Counted from the stretch's first letter, positions 1-11,050 are shown. The stretch is DNA of 64,000 nucleotides from Burkholderiales bacterium (GCA_014860445.1 JACZJT010000017.1:16596-80595); one strand, 5' to 3'. A program made the numbers and translations. The notes: generated by a model not told the origin, from the sequence alone.

Positions 1-199
1 CCGGCAGCGCCGCCTTGACCGCTGCGAGCGCCTTCGGCGAAATTCCGCGCGGATTCTCGTTCGAAGCCAGCTTCACGATCGAGCGTTCGTCGAGCCCGAA
101 TTCGCGCGCGAGTTCCGTGATCGGCTTGCCCGGTTGATACGGCGCGATCGCGCGCACGTAGGCTGGGGAAATTTCGCAAAGATCGGTGATGTTCGACAT
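1..199 (-). CDS. hisC: histidinol-phosphate aminotransferase, N-terminal part (gene runs off the window start)
   Basis: Not in the ORF track. Reverse-strand ATG at 197-199. The translation [66 protein letters not shown] stays open to position 1. YQPGKP...KLASNENP is the HisC-type aminotransferase N-terminal signature. It lies directly downstream of pheA. Confidence 0.8.
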   Translation of the reverse strand, partial: MSNITDLCEISPAYVRAIAPYQPGKPITELAREFGLDERSIVKLASNENPRGISPKALAAVKAALP

Positions 200-230
200 A
201 TCGCGCAGGGCCGCTTCAGTTTGCCGGGTA

Positions 231-1298
231 CTAGAGAACCGCGGCGGGGTAGGAACCGAGTATTTTCAGGAAAGGCGCAAGCTTCTCCAGCGCGACGAGG
301 GCTTTCGCCACCTTGGGATCCTCGCGATGGCCCTGCACATCGACGTAGAACATGTATTCCCAGCGTCCGGTGCGCGCAGGCCGCGATTCCAGCCGGGTCA
401 TGCTGACCCCGTAACGGGCGATCGGCGTCAGCAGCGCGTGCACCGCGCCGGGCCGGTTGGGCGCGGACATGACGATGGACGTCAGGTCCTTGCCCGAGGG
501 CGCGGCATCATGATCGCCGAGTACCAGGAAGCGCGTCGTGTTGTTCGGATCGTCTTCGATATTTCTCGCCACCAGCTTGAGACGGTGACGCTGCACCGCC
601 GTGTCGCCGGCGATGGCCGCCGCTGCGGCGTCCTGCGCAGCCAGGCGCGCCGCCTCGGAATTGCTCACTACGGAGACGCGCTCGACATCGGGCAGCTTGC
701 GCGAGAGCCACTGATTGCACTGCGCCAGCGACTGCGGGTGCGAATAAACGCGTGCGATCTTCTTCAGCGAACCGGATTTGGACATCAGGTTCTGGCGCAC
801 TCGCAGCACGGTTTCGGCGCAAATCTTCAGCGGCGTGCTGAGCAACAGGTCATGCGTCCTTCCGATCGCACCTTCACTGGAATTTTCCACCGGCACGACG
901 CCGTAATTGGCGCCACCGGTCTCGGTCTGACGAAACACCTCGTCTATGGATGCGCAGGCTTGCGGCCGCACGCCGCCGCCGAACATCTTCAGCACCGCCA
1001 TCTCGCTGAAGGTGCCCGCGGGACCGAGATAGGAAACGACCAGCGGCTGCTCCAGCGCGCGGCAGGCGGAGATGATTTCCACATACACGCGGGCCAGCGC
1101 TTCCTTGCCCAGAGGGCCGGCGCTTTGCGCAAGCAGCCGGCGCAGCACCTGGGCCTCGCGCTCGGGCCGGTACACCTTGACCCCTTGCTTGAGTTCCCCA
1201 ACCTCATGCGCGAGCCGGGCGCGCTCGTTCAGGGCCGTCAGCAGACGCGCGTCGAGCGCGTCGATTTTTGCGCGCAGTTTTGCGAGTTCCTTGTTCAT
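231..1298 (-). CDS. pheA: bifunctional chorismate mutase / prephenate dehydratase
   Basis: ORF 231..1397(-) trimmed to the internal ATG ([20 protein letters not shown]...) just below the serA stop at 1306. It has a chorismate-mutase helix pattern, a prephenate dehydratase core ([12 protein letters not shown]) and a C-terminal ACT region ([18 protein letters not shown]...ESRP). Confidence 0.9.
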   Translation of the reverse strand: MNKELAKLRAKIDALDARLLTALNERARLAHEVGELKQGVKVYRPEREAQVLRRLLAQSAGPLGKEALARVYVEIISACRALEQPLVVSYLGPAGTFSEMAVLKMFGGGVRPQACASIDEVFRQTETGGANYGVVPVENSSEGAIGRTHDLLLSTPLKICAETVLRVRQNLMSKSGSLKKIARVYSHPQSLAQCNQWLSRKLPDVERVSVVSNSEAARLAAQDAAAAAIAGDTAVQRHRLKLVARNIEDDPNNTTRFLVLGDHDAAPSGKDLTSIVMSAPNRPGAVHALLTPIARYGVSMTRLESRPARTGRWEYMFYVDVQGHREDPKVAKALVALEKLAPFLKILGSYPAAVL

Positions 1299-1305
1299 CG
1301 CCACC

Positions 1306-2502
1306 TTAGCCCCGCAGCGGCAGATAACGCACGGCGAGCACACCTTCGATCGCGCCAAGCTGCGCCACCAGCTTGCTGGTCGCCGCACTGTCCACATCGA
1401 CCAAAGTGTAAGCCATCTCGCCCTTGGACTTGTTCAACATGTTATGGATGTTCATTCCCGCTGCCGCGATGGTGGCAGAAATCTGCGCCACCATGCTGGG
1501 CACATTCGCGTTGGCGATGGCAATGCGGTAGGGCGACTCGCGCGGCATGCTCATGTCGGGAAAATTGACGGCGTTGGTCACATTGCCGTGCTCGAGGTAG
1601 TCGCGCACCTGGTCCGCCACCATGACCGCGCAATTGTCCTCGGCTTCGCGCGTGGAGGCACCGAGGTGCGGCAGCGCAATCACACCGGAAACGCCCGCCA
1701 GCCGGCTGTCGGGAAAATCGGTGACATAGTATTTCAGCCGATTCGCGGCGAGCGCCTGCACCACCGCCTCGCTGTCGACGATGCCTTCGCGCGAAAAATT
1801 GAGCAGTACGCCGCCGGCGCGCATCAACTCGATGTTTTTCGCGTTGACCATATTGCGCGTCTGCGCCACCAGCGGAACGTGCAGCGTTACAAAATGGCTC
1901 GCCTTGAGCACCTCATCGATCGAATGCGCCTTCTTCACCTGCGCCGGCAGACTCCAGGCCGATTCGACGGTGATTTCCGGGTCGTAGCCGAGCACGTTCA
2001 TGCCGAGTTTGATCGCCGCATCCGCCACCAGGCAGCCGATCTTGCCCAGTCCGATGACCCCCAGCGTATGCTGCGGCAGTTCCAGGCCGGCAAACTGCTT
2101 CTTGCCTTCCTCTACGCGCTTGGCCAAGTCCTCGTCCTCGCTCTTGATCGCACGCACGAATTCCATCGCCGGCGCGAGGTTGCGCGCGGCGATCAGCATG
2201 CCCGCGAGCACCAGTTCCTTCACCGCGTTCGCGTTGGCGCCGGGCGCATTGAAAACCGGCACGCCGCGCTCGCCCATTGCCTTCACCGGGATGTTGTTGG
2301 TACCGGCGCCGGCGCGGCCTATGGCCTTCACCGAGTCCGGGATATTCATTTTGTGCAGATCCTGCGAACGCAACAGGATCGCATCCGGGTGCGCCGCGTC
2401 CTTGTGGACGCTGTAATGCTCCGCGGGCAGGCGCTTCAAGCCTACCTGCGCGATATTGTTGAGTACCAGTATTTCGAATACCTTGGAATCAGGCATGCTC
2501 AT
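1306..2502 (-). CDS. serA: D-3-phosphoglycerate dehydrogenase-type 2-hydroxyacid dehydrogenase with C-terminal ACT domain
   Basis: ORF 1306..2829(-) trimmed to the ATG at 2500-2502 ([16 protein letters not shown]...), which overlaps the serC stop (ATGA). NAD-binding motif [13 protein letters not shown]. The ACT-like tail is ...[35 protein letters not shown]. Confidence 0.75.
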   Translation of the reverse strand: MSMPDSKVFEILVLNNIAQVGLKRLPAEHYSVHKDAAHPDAILLRSQDLHKMNIPDSVKAIGRAGAGTNNIPVKAMGERGVPVFNAPGANANAVKELVLAGMLIAARNLAPAMEFVRAIKSEDEDLAKRVEEGKKQFAGLELPQHTLGVIGLGKIGCLVADAAIKLGMNVLGYDPEITVESAWSLPAQVKKAHSIDEVLKASHFVTLHVPLVAQTRNMVNAKNIELMRAGGVLLNFSREGIVDSEAVVQALAANRLKYYVTDFPDSRLAGVSGVIALPHLGASTREAEDNCAVMVADQVRDYLEHGNVTNAVNFPDMSMPRESPYRIAIANANVPSMVAQISATIAAAGMNIHNMLNKSKGEMAYTLVDVDSAATSKLVAQLGAIEGVLAVRYLPLRG

Positions 2503-3584
2503 TTTCCATGCTTGCTCTCGAACTCGCGCATGTAGGCGACCAGGTGCTGCACGCCTTCGATGGGCATCGCGTTGTACATGGAAGCGCGCATGCCGCCGAC
2601 TGAGCGGTGGCCCTTCAGCTGCACCATGCCGTTCGCTTTCGCGCCCTTGAGGAAATCCTCGTCCAGCGTATCGTTTTTGAGCTTGAACGGCACGTTCATG
2701 CGCGAGCGGTCGCGCGGCTCCACGGGGCTGATGAAAAATTTGCTCTGGTCGAGATAGTCGTAAAGAAGTTTCGCCTTGGCGATATTGCGCTGCTCGACAC
2801 TGGCAAGACCGCCTTGTTCCTTCACCCATTTGAACACCAGGCCCGCAATGTAGACGGCATAAGTCGGCGGCGTGTTGTACATGGAGTCCGCATCGGCCTG
2901 CTGCTTGTAATCAAACGCCGACGGCGTAAACGCCGCCGCCTGGCCGATCAGGTCTTCGCGCACGATCACCAGGGTCAGCCCGGCGGGTCCGATATTCTTC
3001 TGCGCCCCGCCGTAAATCAGCCCGTACCTCGCCACGTCCACGGGACGCGACAGGATATGCGAAGACATATCGGCGACCAGGGGCACTGCACCGGTGTCCG
3101 GCACCCAATGGTATTCCAGGCCGCCTATGGTTTCATTGGAACAGATATGGACGTAAGCCGCGTCCTTCGACAACTTCCAGCATTCCTGCGGGGGAATGTA
3201 GGTGAAGTTCTTGTCTTCGCTCGTCGCGGCGACGTTCACACTGCAGTATTTCTTCGCTTCCTTGATCGATTTCTTGGACCATTCCCCGGTATTGACGTAG
3301 TCGGCCACCTTGTGGCCGCGCAGCAGATTCATGGGGACGATGGCATTTTCCGCGATCGCGCCACCCTGCAGGAACAGCACCTTGTAGTTCGCCGGCACGG
3401 CCAGCAGTTCGCGCAGGTCTTTCTCCGCCTCCGCGTGTATGGAAACGAACTCCTTGCCGCGATGGCTCATTTCCATCACCGACATGCCGCTGCCGTGCCA
3501 GTCGAGCATTTCCGCCGCAGCCTGCTGCAAAACTTTCTCCGGCAAAACGGCCGGGCCCGCGCTGAAATTAAAAACTCGTGCCAC
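2499..3584 (-). CDS. serC: 3-phosphoserine / phosphohydroxythreonine aminotransferase
   Basis: 361 aa. [46 protein letters not shown] is the canonical SerC N-terminus. It sits in the usual position next to gyrA. Confidence 0.92.
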   Translation of the reverse strand: MARVFNFSAGPAVLPEKVLQQAAAEMLDWHGSGMSVMEMSHRGKEFVSIHAEAEKDLRELLAVPANYKVLFLQGGAIAENAIVPMNLLRGHKVADYVNTGEWSKKSIKEAKKYCSVNVAATSEDKNFTYIPPQECWKLSKDAAYVHICSNETIGGLEYHWVPDTGAVPLVADMSSHILSRPVDVARYGLIYGGAQKNIGPAGLTLVIVREDLIGQAAAFTPSAFDYKQQADADSMYNTPPTYAVYIAGLVFKWVKEQGGLASVEQRNIAKAKLLYDYLDQSKFFISPVEPRDRSRMNVPFKLKNDTLDEDFLKGAKANGMVQLKGHRSVGGMRASMYNAMPIEGVQHLVAYMREFESKHGK

Positions 3585-3629
3585 GATTATCCTTTCGCAT
3601 TCTGGACGCGCAATGGACGGCGTTCCGCG

Positions 3630-6260
3630 TCACTCGCCTTCGGGAATATTTTTCCCGTTGACATCGTCGGCGTCGCTACCTCCGCCGTGCCCGTTTCCGT
3701 TTCCGTTTCCGTTTCCAGAATCGTCATCCGACTCCAGCACCTTCTCGATGCCGGCCAGCCGCGTGCCTTCATCGAGGTTGATCAGGGTCACGCCCTGGGT
3801 CGAGCGGCCCTGCTCGCGGATTTGTGCCACCTTGGTGCGTATCACCACGCCGCCGGTGGAGACCAGCATGACCTCGTCACGCTCTTCCACCAGCACCGCA
3901 CCGACCAGACTGCCGTTCCGGTCGCCGGTATGGATCGCGATCATGCCCTTGGTACCGCGTCCGTGCCGAGTGTACTCGGAAATCGGCGTGCGCTTGCCGA
4001 AGCCGTTTTCGGTTGCCGTAAGCACGGTCTGGCGTTCGTTGTCCGCCACCAGCATGGAGATCACGCGTTGATTCTTGTCGAGCATCATGCCGCGCACGCC
4101 ACGCGTGACCCGCCCCGTTGGCCGGACATCGTTTTCCTCGAAGCGCACCGCCTTGCCCGCATCGGAAAACAGCATGACGTCATGCTTGCCGTCGGTAATG
4201 GCGACGCCGATGAGGAAATCACCCTCGTCGAGCTCGGCCGCGATGATGCCTTTACCGCGCGGATTGGCGAACGCCGACAGCGGCGTCTTCTTCACCGTGC
4301 CCTGGGCGGTCGCCATGAATATGAAATGCCCGTCGTCGAACTGCTTCACCGGCAGGAGCGCGGTGATTTTCTCGCCCTCCTCCAGCGGGAACATGTTGAC
4401 CACCGGCTTTCCGCGACTGTTGCTGCTGCCCTGCGGCACCTGGTAGACCTTGATCCAGTAGACGCGGCCGCGGCTGGAAAAGCACAGCACGTAGTCGTGG
4501 GTATTGGCGATGAACAGCCTCTCGATAAAATCGTCTTCCTTGGTGGCGGTCGCCTGCCGGCCGCGCCCGCCGCGACGCTGCGCACTGTAATCGGCGAGCG
4601 GCTGCGACTTGATATAGCCCGTGTGCGAAAGCGTCACCACCATGTCGGTCGGTGTGATCAGGTCCTCGTCGTCCAAGTCCTGCGGGTTGAGCTCGATTTC
4701 GCTCTTTCGCGCGTCGCCGTACTGCTGCTTGATCGCGTTCATTTCGTCGACGATGATGGCGGTGATACGCGCAGGCTTGGCGAGAATGTCGAGGTAATCG
4801 GCGATCTGCAGCATCACCTCCTTGTACTCCGACACGATCTTGTCCTGCTCCAGGCCGGTCAGGCGCTGCAGGCGCATTTCCAGGATCGCCTGCGCCTGTG
4901 CGTCGGACAAATGGTAAGCGCCTTCGAGCAGGCCGAAATTCGCGGCCAGGCCGTCCGGACGCGAAGCGTCCGCCGCCGCACGCTGCAACATCTCAGCCAC
5001 CAGGGGTGAGCGCCAGGCCCGCGCCATCAATGCCTGCTTCGCCTCGGGCGGGGTCTGCGATTGCTTGATCAGCGCGATGATCTCGTCGACGTTCGAGAGC
5101 GCCACCGCCAAACCTTCGAGTATGTGGCCGCGCTCGCGTGCCTTGCGCAACTCGTATACGGTGCGCCGCGTCACCACCTCGCGCCGGTGCGAGAGGAACG
5201 CGCCGAGCATCTGCTTCAGGTTCAGCAGGCGCGGCTGGCCGTCGACCAGCGCCACCATATTGATACCGAAGCTGTCCTGCAGCTGGGTTTGCTTGTACAG
5301 ATTGTTGAGCACCACTTCGGGCAGTTCGCCGCGCTTCAACTCGAACACCATGCGCATGCCGGATTTGTCGGACTCGTCGCGAATCTCGCTGATGCCTTCG
5401 ATTTTCTTGTCGTTGACCAGTTCCGCAATGCGCTCCAGCAGGCTCTTCTTGTTGACCTGGTAGGGCAGTTCGTCGACGATGATCGACTGGCGGTTGCCCT
5501 TTTCCATGTCCTCGAAATGCGTGCGCGCGCGCATGATCACGCGCCCGCGTCCGGTGCGATAGCCCTGGTGCACGCCGGCGAGGCCGTGGATGATCCCGGC
5601 GGTGGGAAAATCCGGCGCCGGAATGATTTCGATCAGTTCGTCTATGCTGATCTCGGGATTCGCGAGCAGCGCCAGCCCGGCGTCCACCACTTCCACGAGA
5701 TTGTGCGGCGGAATGTTGGTGGCCATGCCGACCGCGATTCCGGAAGAACCGTTGATGAGCAGGTTCGGGATGCGCGTCGGCAGCGCCGTCGGCTCCATTT
5801 CCTTGCCGTCGTAATTGGGCACGAAATCGACCGTTTCCTTGTCGATATCGGCCAGCAATTCAGAGGAAATCCGCTCCAGCCGGCACTCGGTATAGCGATA
5901 CGCCGCCGCCGAATCCCCGTCGATGGATCCGAAATTGCCCTGACCGTCGATGAGCGTGTAGCGCATGGAAAAATCCTGCGCCATGCGCACCAGTGCCTCG
6001 TAGGTGGCGGAATCACCGTGCGGGTGATACTTGCCCAGCACCTCGCCGACAATGCGCGCGCACTTCACATAGGGACGGTTCCACACGTTGTTCGATTCGT
6101 GCATCGCGAACAGCACGCGCCGGTGCACCGGCTTCAGGCCGTCGCGCACGTCCGGCAGGGCGCGACCGACGATCACGCTCATCGCGTAGTCGAGATAGGA
6201 GCGCCGCATCTCCTCTTCGAGGCTTACCGGCAGGGTTTCTTTTGCGAACTGTTGTTCCAT
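3630..6260 (-). CDS. gyrA: DNA gyrase subunit A
   Basis: 876 aa. [37 protein letters not shown] and the active-site region [11 protein letters not shown] are present, plus C-terminal beta-pinwheel repeats. The tail is acidic and Gly/Asn-rich ([24 protein letters not shown]). Confidence 0.97.
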   Translation of the reverse strand: MEQQFAKETLPVSLEEEMRRSYLDYAMSVIVGRALPDVRDGLKPVHRRVLFAMHESNNVWNRPYVKCARIVGEVLGKYHPHGDSATYEALVRMAQDFSMRYTLIDGQGNFGSIDGDSAAAYRYTECRLERISSELLADIDKETVDFVPNYDGKEMEPTALPTRIPNLLINGSSGIAVGMATNIPPHNLVEVVDAGLALLANPEISIDELIEIIPAPDFPTAGIIHGLAGVHQGYRTGRGRVIMRARTHFEDMEKGNRQSIIVDELPYQVNKKSLLERIAELVNDKKIEGISEIRDESDKSGMRMVFELKRGELPEVVLNNLYKQTQLQDSFGINMVALVDGQPRLLNLKQMLGAFLSHRREVVTRRTVYELRKARERGHILEGLAVALSNVDEIIALIKQSQTPPEAKQALMARAWRSPLVAEMLQRAAADASRPDGLAANFGLLEGAYHLSDAQAQAILEMRLQRLTGLEQDKIVSEYKEVMLQIADYLDILAKPARITAIIVDEMNAIKQQYGDARKSEIELNPQDLDDEDLITPTDMVVTLSHTGYIKSQPLADYSAQRRGGRGRQATATKEDDFIERLFIANTHDYVLCFSSRGRVYWIKVYQVPQGSSNSRGKPVVNMFPLEEGEKITALLPVKQFDDGHFIFMATAQGTVKKTPLSAFANPRGKGIIAAELDEGDFLIGVAITDGKHDVMLFSDAGKAVRFEENDVRPTGRVTRGVRGMMLDKNQRVISMLVADNERQTVLTATENGFGKRTPISEYTRHGRGTKGMIAIHTGDRNGSLVGAVLVEERDEVMLVSTGGVVIRTKVAQIREQGRSTQGVTLINLDEGTRLAGIEKVLESDDDSGNGNGNGNGHGGGSDADDVNGKNIPEGE
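3691..3716. repeat. hexanucleotide tandem repeat (ccgttt x4) inside the gyrA 3' end, encoding GNGNGNGN
   Basis: Read directly: ccgtttccgtttccgtttccgtttcc. It is in frame with gyrA on the minus strand. Confidence 0.8.
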
Positions 6261-6524
6261 GAGGCGCTGATATTCTGTGTATTGGCGAGCAAATCGAAGA
6301 GACTAAAAATGCCGCCTCCCGCTTCGTCACGACCCCAAAAAAAGTGCCGCAAATCGCGGCTAAGAAAAGCATTGAATTTTAGCACGCGGCGCCGCATTCT
6401 GACCATAAAAACTGCGGGTTTTTCGGCTGTTGACAACCCGCCCGCTTGACCCCGGAACACCGTTCTGCTGTATCCTGCGTGCGAACTGACGCCTGAAAGC
6501 GCGAACGAATCACCTGGTGCGAAC

Positions 6525-7850
6525 GTGCAAGCCATAGATCTTCTGATAGACGCGCGCTGGGTCATCCCGGTCAATCCGGCCGGCCGCGCGCTCGACCACC
6601 ATAGCGTCGCCGTGCACGACGGCCGGATTCTGGCCGTGCTGCCGACGGCGCAAGCGCATACCGCCTACGTCGCGGGCGAGTTCGTGTCTCTGCCCGCGCA
6701 CGCGCTCATCCCCGGTCTGGTCAATCTGCACACGCACGCCGCCACGGTGCTGATGCGCGGCTTCGCGGAAGACATGGCGCCGATGCAATGGCTGCAGGAG
6801 CGTTTTTGGCCGGCAGAAAGCAGAAACGTGTCACCCCAGTTCGTCTACGACGGCACGCTGCTCGCCTGCGCGGAAATGCTGCGCGGCGGCATCACTTGCT
6901 TCAACGACATGTACCTGTATCCAGCCGAGACGGCGCGTGCCGCCATCGAGATGGGCATGCGAGCGGCACTGGGATTGGTGGTAGTCGACACGCCGACCAC
7001 ATACGCCACCGACGCGGACGACTATGTGGCGAAGGGACTGGCGCTGCGCGATGCAATGCGCGAACATCCGCTGCTGTCTTTTTGCATGGCGCCGCACGCG
7101 CCCCACACCGTAGGGGACAAGACCCTTTCGCGCCTGATTACCCTGGCGGAGGAACTCGATCTGCCCGTGCATATGCAAGTGCACAAAACCCTGGACGAGA
7201 TCGCGCAGAGCGTCGCCCGGCACGGCGTGCGGCCGCTCGAGCGGCTGCGCGCTCTAGGCATGGTCGGTCCAAATCTGATCGCGGCGCACGCGATCCACCT
7301 CGCTCCGGAAGAAATCACCCTGCTCGTGAAAAACGGAAGTTCGGTCGCGCATTGCCCTACCTCCAATCTAAAGTGCGCCAACGGCATTGCACCGGTAGCG
7401 CAGATGCTCGCCGAGGGCGTCACCGTCGGTTTGGGAACCGGCGGACCGGCAGGCAATGATCGCCTGGACATGTTCCAGGAAATGCGCCTGGCGGCACTGC
7501 TGGCCAAAGCGGCCAGCGGCGACGCAGGTACACTGCCCGCGCATCGGGCGCTTGCCATGGCGACGCTCGACGGCGCCCGCGCGCTACGGATCGACCACGC
7601 GATTGGCTCGATCGAACCTGGCAAATTTGCCGATCTGACGGCGGTCGAATTTAACGCGCTTGAAATGCTGCCCTGCTACAATCCTGTTTCGCACCTCGTC
7701 TACAGCGCTGGACGCGAAAATGTCAGCCATGTATGGGTCGCGGGGCGTCTGCTGGTCGAAAACAGGGGGCTGAAAAACGGACAAAAAAATGATTTGGAGA
7801 AGCTGGCGCTTTTGTGGCAAAATAGGCTATCAATGGAAACAAAGGCTTAA
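6525..7850 (+). CDS. amidohydrolase family protein, TRZ/ATZ or MTA/SAH-deaminase-like
   Basis: 441 aa with a GTG start. It has the metal-binding HxH motif (LIPGLVNLHTHAA) and later His/Asp motifs (AHAIHL, TGGPAGNDRLDM) typical of the cytosine/guanine/MTA deaminase clade of amidohydrolases. Confidence 0.8.
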   Translation: MQAIDLLIDARWVIPVNPAGRALDHHSVAVHDGRILAVLPTAQAHTAYVAGEFVSLPAHALIPGLVNLHTHAATVLMRGFAEDMAPMQWLQERFWPAESRNVSPQFVYDGTLLACAEMLRGGITCFNDMYLYPAETARAAIEMGMRAALGLVVVDTPTTYATDADDYVAKGLALRDAMREHPLLSFCMAPHAPHTVGDKTLSRLITLAEELDLPVHMQVHKTLDEIAQSVARHGVRPLERLRALGMVGPNLIAAHAIHLAPEEITLLVKNGSSVAHCPTSNLKCANGIAPVAQMLAEGVTVGLGTGGPAGNDRLDMFQEMRLAALLAKAASGDAGTLPAHRALAMATLDGARALRIDHAIGSIEPGKFADLTAVEFNALEMLPCYNPVSHLVYSAGRENVSHVWVAGRLLVENRGLKNGQKNDLEKLALLWQNRLSMETKA

Positions 7851-7910
7851 CTGAGGCTTGCAAGGAAGTTTCCGTGGTTGGGTAACATCGAACTTTATCG
7901 AGGGGAAAAC

Positions 7911-8576
7911 ATGAACAAAATCGCAAAACAATTCGGAATGGTCGTAGTCGCCGCGCTGGTGCTCGGCATGGGCGCGACCACTGCCACCGCAGCAGACAAC
8001 GGCTACGTAATGGGCGGAGCCTCGGACAACGTCGTGGTCAAGGACCCGTTCGGCCTTTGCTGGCGCACGGGATACTGGACCCCGGCCATGGCGACCACGG
8101 AATGCGACCCGGATCTGGTACCGAAGAAACCGATGGCACCGAAGCCGATGGCAAAGCCGGCAATGAAGCCTGCGCCGATGGCCAAACCTGCTATGAAACC
8201 CGCTCCCAAGCCGGTCAAAGAAAAAGTAACCATGGCCGCGGAGACGAACTTTGACTTCGACAAGTCTTCACTGAAACCAGAAGGCAAGGCCCGGCTCGAC
8301 GACCTGGTCGGCAAGCTGAAGGCCGTGAATCTGGAAGTCGTGATCGCCATCGGCCACACCGATAGCATCGGCAGCAAGGCGTACAACCAGAAGCTGTCAA
8401 TGCGTCGCGCCGCTTCGGTCAAGGACTATCTGGTCAGCAAAGGCATTCAGGCCAACCGCATCTACACCGAAGGCAAGGGTGAGACGCAGCCGATTGCCGA
8501 CAACAAGACCAAGGAAGGTCGCGCCAAGAACCGTCGCGTCGAAATCGAGGTGGTGGGAACCCGCGAAAGCCACTAA
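7911..8576 (+). CDS. OmpA-family peptidoglycan-associated outer-membrane protein
   Basis: ORF 7878..8576 trimmed to MNKIAKQFGMVVVAALVLGMGATTATA (signal peptide). A Pro/Lys/Ala linker carries a duplicated PMAKPAMKPAP unit. C-terminal OmpA-like domain: NFDFDKSSLKPEG...GHTDSIGSKAYNQKLSMRRAASVKDYL...NRRVEIEV. Confidence 0.88.
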   Translation: MNKIAKQFGMVVVAALVLGMGATTATAADNGYVMGGASDNVVVKDPFGLCWRTGYWTPAMATTECDPDLVPKKPMAPKPMAKPAMKPAPMAKPAMKPAPKPVKEKVTMAAETNFDFDKSSLKPEGKARLDDLVGKLKAVNLEVVIAIGHTDSIGSKAYNQKLSMRRAASVKDYLVSKGIQANRIYTEGKGETQPIADNKTKEGRAKNRRVEIEVVGTRESH

Positions 8577-8600
8577 GCGGGCTTCAGCAATCCTTCAAAA

Positions 8601-8627
8601 AGCCCTGCGCAAGCAGGGCTTTTTTAT
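8601..8627 (+). terminator. intrinsic terminator after the OmpA-family gene
   Basis: agccctgc-gcaa-gcagggct hairpin followed by tttttat. Confidence 0.75.
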
Positions 8628-8634
8628 TTAGACT

Positions 8635-9339
8635 ATGCACACAATGAACGCCGACCCTCAGGAACTAGCCAAGTTCAGCGACCTCGCCCACCGCTGGTGG
8701 GATCCGAGCAGCGAATTCAAGCCGCTGCACGAGATCAACCCGCTGCGACTGCGCTGGATCGACGGCATTGCGGCATTGGCGGGAAAGTCCGTGCTGGACG
8801 TAGGTTGCGGCGGTGGCATCCTGGCCGAAGCGATGGCCGTGCTCGGCGCACGCGTCAAGGGAATCGATCTATCCGAAAAAGCACTTAAAGTCGCCATGCT
8901 GCATTTGCTCGAATCGCGCGTCGACGTGAACTACGAAGAAATCAGCGCCGAAGCCCTGTCGCAACGCGACGCCGGGCAATATGATGTTCTAACCTGTATG
9001 GAAATGCTGGAACACGTCCCGGATCCGGCCAGCACGGTCGCCGCCTGCGCCAAACTCGTAAAGCCGGGCGGGCATGTGTTCTTTTCCACCATCAACCGCA
9101 ACCCGAAGTCTTATTTGTTCGCGGTCATCGGCGCCGAATATATTCTGCGCATCCTGCCGCGCGGCACGCACGACTACGCGAAGTTTCTCAAGCCTGCCGA
9201 GCTTGCGCGGCACTGTCGCACAGCAGGCCTCTCGCTGGAATCGGTGATCGGCATGAGCTACAACCCGCTGACAAAGATCTATTCGCTCAACGACGACGCG
9301 AGCGTCAATTACCTGATGCACTGCGTGCGTGATGCCTGA
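8635..9339 (+). CDS. ubiG: ubiquinone biosynthesis O-methyltransferase
   Basis: 234 aa. [33 protein letters not shown] is the UbiG N-terminal signature. It has the canonical SAM motif [14 protein letters not shown]. Confidence 0.9.
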   Translation: MHTMNADPQELAKFSDLAHRWWDPSSEFKPLHEINPLRLRWIDGIAALAGKSVLDVGCGGGILAEAMAVLGARVKGIDLSEKALKVAMLHLLESRVDVNYEEISAEALSQRDAGQYDVLTCMEMLEHVPDPASTVAACAKLVKPGGHVFFSTINRNPKSYLFAVIGAEYILRILPRGTHDYAKFLKPAELARHCRTAGLSLESVIGMSYNPLTKIYSLNDDASVNYLMHCVRDA

Positions 9340-10000
9340 ACAGCGTGTGCGGGCGGTGCTGTTCGATCTGGACGGTACGCTCGCAGACACGGCGCCCGAT
9401 CTCGCGCGCGCCCTCAATCGCGTGCGCGCGGCCAATCTGCTGTCTCCAATGCCGCTTGAGACTACGCGGCCCTACACTTCCAGCGGCGCACGCGGCCTGC
9501 TCAAAATCGGTTTCGATCTGAACCCGGGAGACGAGCGCTACGAAGCGTTCAAACTGCAGTTTCTAGAGTTCTACGCCGCCGAGATTTGCATCGATACCTG
9601 TTTATTCGACGGCATGGCCGACTTGCTCGATTGCTTCGACAAGGATCGACTCCCCTGGGGGGTGGTGACCAACAAAGCGGAGCGTTTCACCTTGCCTCTG
9701 CTCCAGGGCCTGCGTTTGGACGAGCGCGCGGCCTGCATCGTCGGCGGCGACACGACGACGCGCTTGAAGCCGCACCCGGATTCGCTGCTGCACGCTGCTG
9801 CTGCGCTGCAGCTACCGCCCTCTGCCTGCCTGTACGTAGGCGACGATCTGCGCGACATACAGGCGGCGCGCGCCGCCGGCATGCCGGTGCTGGCGGCGAA
9901 ATATGGCTATCTGGGCGACGGCGGGCCGATTGAAACCTGGCAAGCCGACGCCGTCATCGAGCATCCGAGCGAAATACTCGAATTTCTACAGGCTGCTTGA
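9329..10000 (+). CDS. gph: phosphoglycolate phosphatase (HAD superfamily)
   Basis: HAD motif [14 protein letters not shown] and motif [18 protein letters not shown]. It overlaps the ubiG stop, as in the conserved ubiG-gph pair. The start could be the GTG at 9329 or the ATG at 9332. Confidence 0.8.
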   Translation: MMPEQRVRAVLFDLDGTLADTAPDLARALNRVRAANLLSPMPLETTRPYTSSGARGLLKIGFDLNPGDERYEAFKLQFLEFYAAEICIDTCLFDGMADLLDCFDKDRLPWGVVTNKAERFTLPLLQGLRLDERAACIVGGDTTTRLKPHPDSLLHAAAALQLPPSACLYVGDDLRDIQAARAAGMPVLAAKYGYLGDGGPIETWQADAVIEHPSEILEFLQAA

Positions 10001-10112
10001 TTTCCGCCTGATCTCGCCCCATATGCGATAATGTATTCGCAGTTTCGGAATGGCGGGCATGTCGCGGTGAAATTCCTCTCCGTTTCTTGCTTTCCGTTCC
10101 GCACCAGATACC

Positions 10113-10474
10113 GGGGGCGACCTGGTTTCGACGTGGGTTACAAAGCAGCGCAGTGCATACCGAGGCTCAGCTACCTCGTAAATCCAACTGAAACGCAATA
10201 ACCGCGAACGACGAACGTTTCGCACTAGCCGCTTAATACCGGCTAGCTCTGCACCGGTTGGTTCATGGGCCGGGTAACGCAAGTTACAGCAGAGTCATTC
10301 ACATGAGCTCGCGTGTTGCAGGGTCACTTTGCAGTACGCTAAAAAATAGGTGACTCGCCGTTTGCCAGCCTGCCGGTTGGCGGGTAAGCGGTCAAATCAA
10401 ACAACCTGGCTAAGTATGTAGATCTGTCTGTAGAGGGCTTGCGGACGGGGGTTCAATTCCCCCCGCCTCCACCA
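10113..10474 (+). ncRNA. ssrA: tmRNA (SsrA)
   Basis: 5' GGGGGCGACCUGGUUUCGACG pairs with 3' ...CGCCUCC-A-CCA, giving a 7-bp acceptor stem with the G3:U wobble. The T-arm is GGGGGUUCAAUUCCCCC. The tag reading frame at 10204-10236 (gcg aac gac gaa cgt ttc gca cta gcc gct taa) encodes ANDERFALAA*. Confidence 0.95.
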
Positions 10475-10477
10475 TCA

Positions 10478-10513
10478 AATGAAAATGCCACCCTCGCGGT
10501 GGCGTTTTCATTT
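10478..10513 (+). terminator. intrinsic terminator after ssrA
   Basis: aaatgaaaatgccacc-ctcgc-ggtggcgttttcattt forms a long stem with a U-rich 3' side. Confidence 0.7.
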
Positions 10514-10529
10514 GAAGACGCAGGTTCGC

Positions 10530-10569
10530 GGGAATTGAAGCCCCGTCTGGAACGGACGGGGGGTTCGAA
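10530..10569. repeat. inverted plus direct degenerate copies of the tmRNA T-arm / 3' region
   Basis: The reverse complement of 10530-10547 is gacggggcttcaattccc, matching tmRNA gacgggggttcaattccc at 17/18. 10554-10569 reads ggacggggggttcgaa, against tmRNA ggacgggggttcaatt. Confidence 0.6.
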
Positions 10570-10649
10570 AGGACACGAGGCCTGAACTGCTTCAGGCCTC
10601 GCGCCTTGAGAACGGCGAGCGCCTGCAGGCGCGAGCGCGCCCTGCAAGG

Positions 10650-10666
10650 GCAATTCCCCACGCCTC
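10650..10666 (+). repeat. direct near-copy of the last 17 nt before the tmRNA ACCA end (att-like scar)
   Basis: caattccccacgcctcc versus tmRNA 10454-10470 caattccccccgcctcc (16/17). Confidence 0.6.
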
Positions 10667-10684
10667 CGTCATACAAGCGCGCTT

Positions 10685-11050
10685 CTACATGACGAGTTTG
10701 TTGAGCGTCTCGGCGCAGGCCGCCGCAACTTCGCGGCGTGGTTCGGTAGTACTCCCCGGCATCGTCGCCCATCCACCTTTGCGCACATAGTCGCCCCGAT
10801 TCCAGCTGTCGGTTTTCTTGAGAAGCGCAAGCTTGGCTGGCGCATCGACACTTTTCTGAAACTGTGCCACGCACACCGGCGCGAGCACCGATACGATCGC
10901 CGCATCAGCGCGCAGAGTGGCAAGCCGATCAGCTGTCGGCCCTCTCACCCAACCGCCTATATTGAATCCGAAAATTGATATCGCGATCGCGCCCACTGCC
11001 GCACCCCAGAGAAAAGAGAATGTCGCTGCGGGAAGTTTTGGAATTTTCAT
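10685..11050 (-). CDS. hypothetical small membrane-anchored protein
   Basis: 121 aa. It has one N-terminal hydrophobic helix (FSFLWGAAVGAIAISIFGF) and G/C-rich third codon positions like neighbouring genes. I recognised no family. Confidence 0.55.
   Translation of the reverse strand: MKIPKLPAATFSFLWGAAVGAIAISIFGFNIGGWVRGPTADRLATLRADAAIVSVLAPVCVAQFQKSVDAPAKLALLKKTDSWNRGDYVRKGGWATMPGSTTEPRREVAAACAETLNKLVM

Noticed and set aside
3691-3716. Short repeat array considered as CRISPR or a phase-variation switch
   Set aside because: The units are contiguous 6-mers with no spacers, inside gyrA. The unit length is a multiple of three, so slippage cannot frameshift the gene.
2607-5009. 800-aa ORF on the plus strand (also 186..1568, 1072..2535 and 5061..6449)
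   Set aside because: These ORFs are antisense to the clearly real serC, gyrA, pheA and serA genes. Their products are Arg/His/Gly-rich with no recognisable motifs. They are the shadow ORFs expected in GC-rich DNA.
6261-6524. Promoters for divergent gyrA and the amidohydrolase gene
   Set aside because: TTGACA/TTGACC-like hexamers are present (about 6430-6450), but I could not pair them with a convincing -10 at proper spacing. I did not call a promoter.
10410-10874. 154-aa minus-strand ORF overlapping the tmRNA 3' end
   Set aside because: It is antisense to a confidently identified tmRNA and its terminator. The translation is Arg/Cys-rich nonsense.
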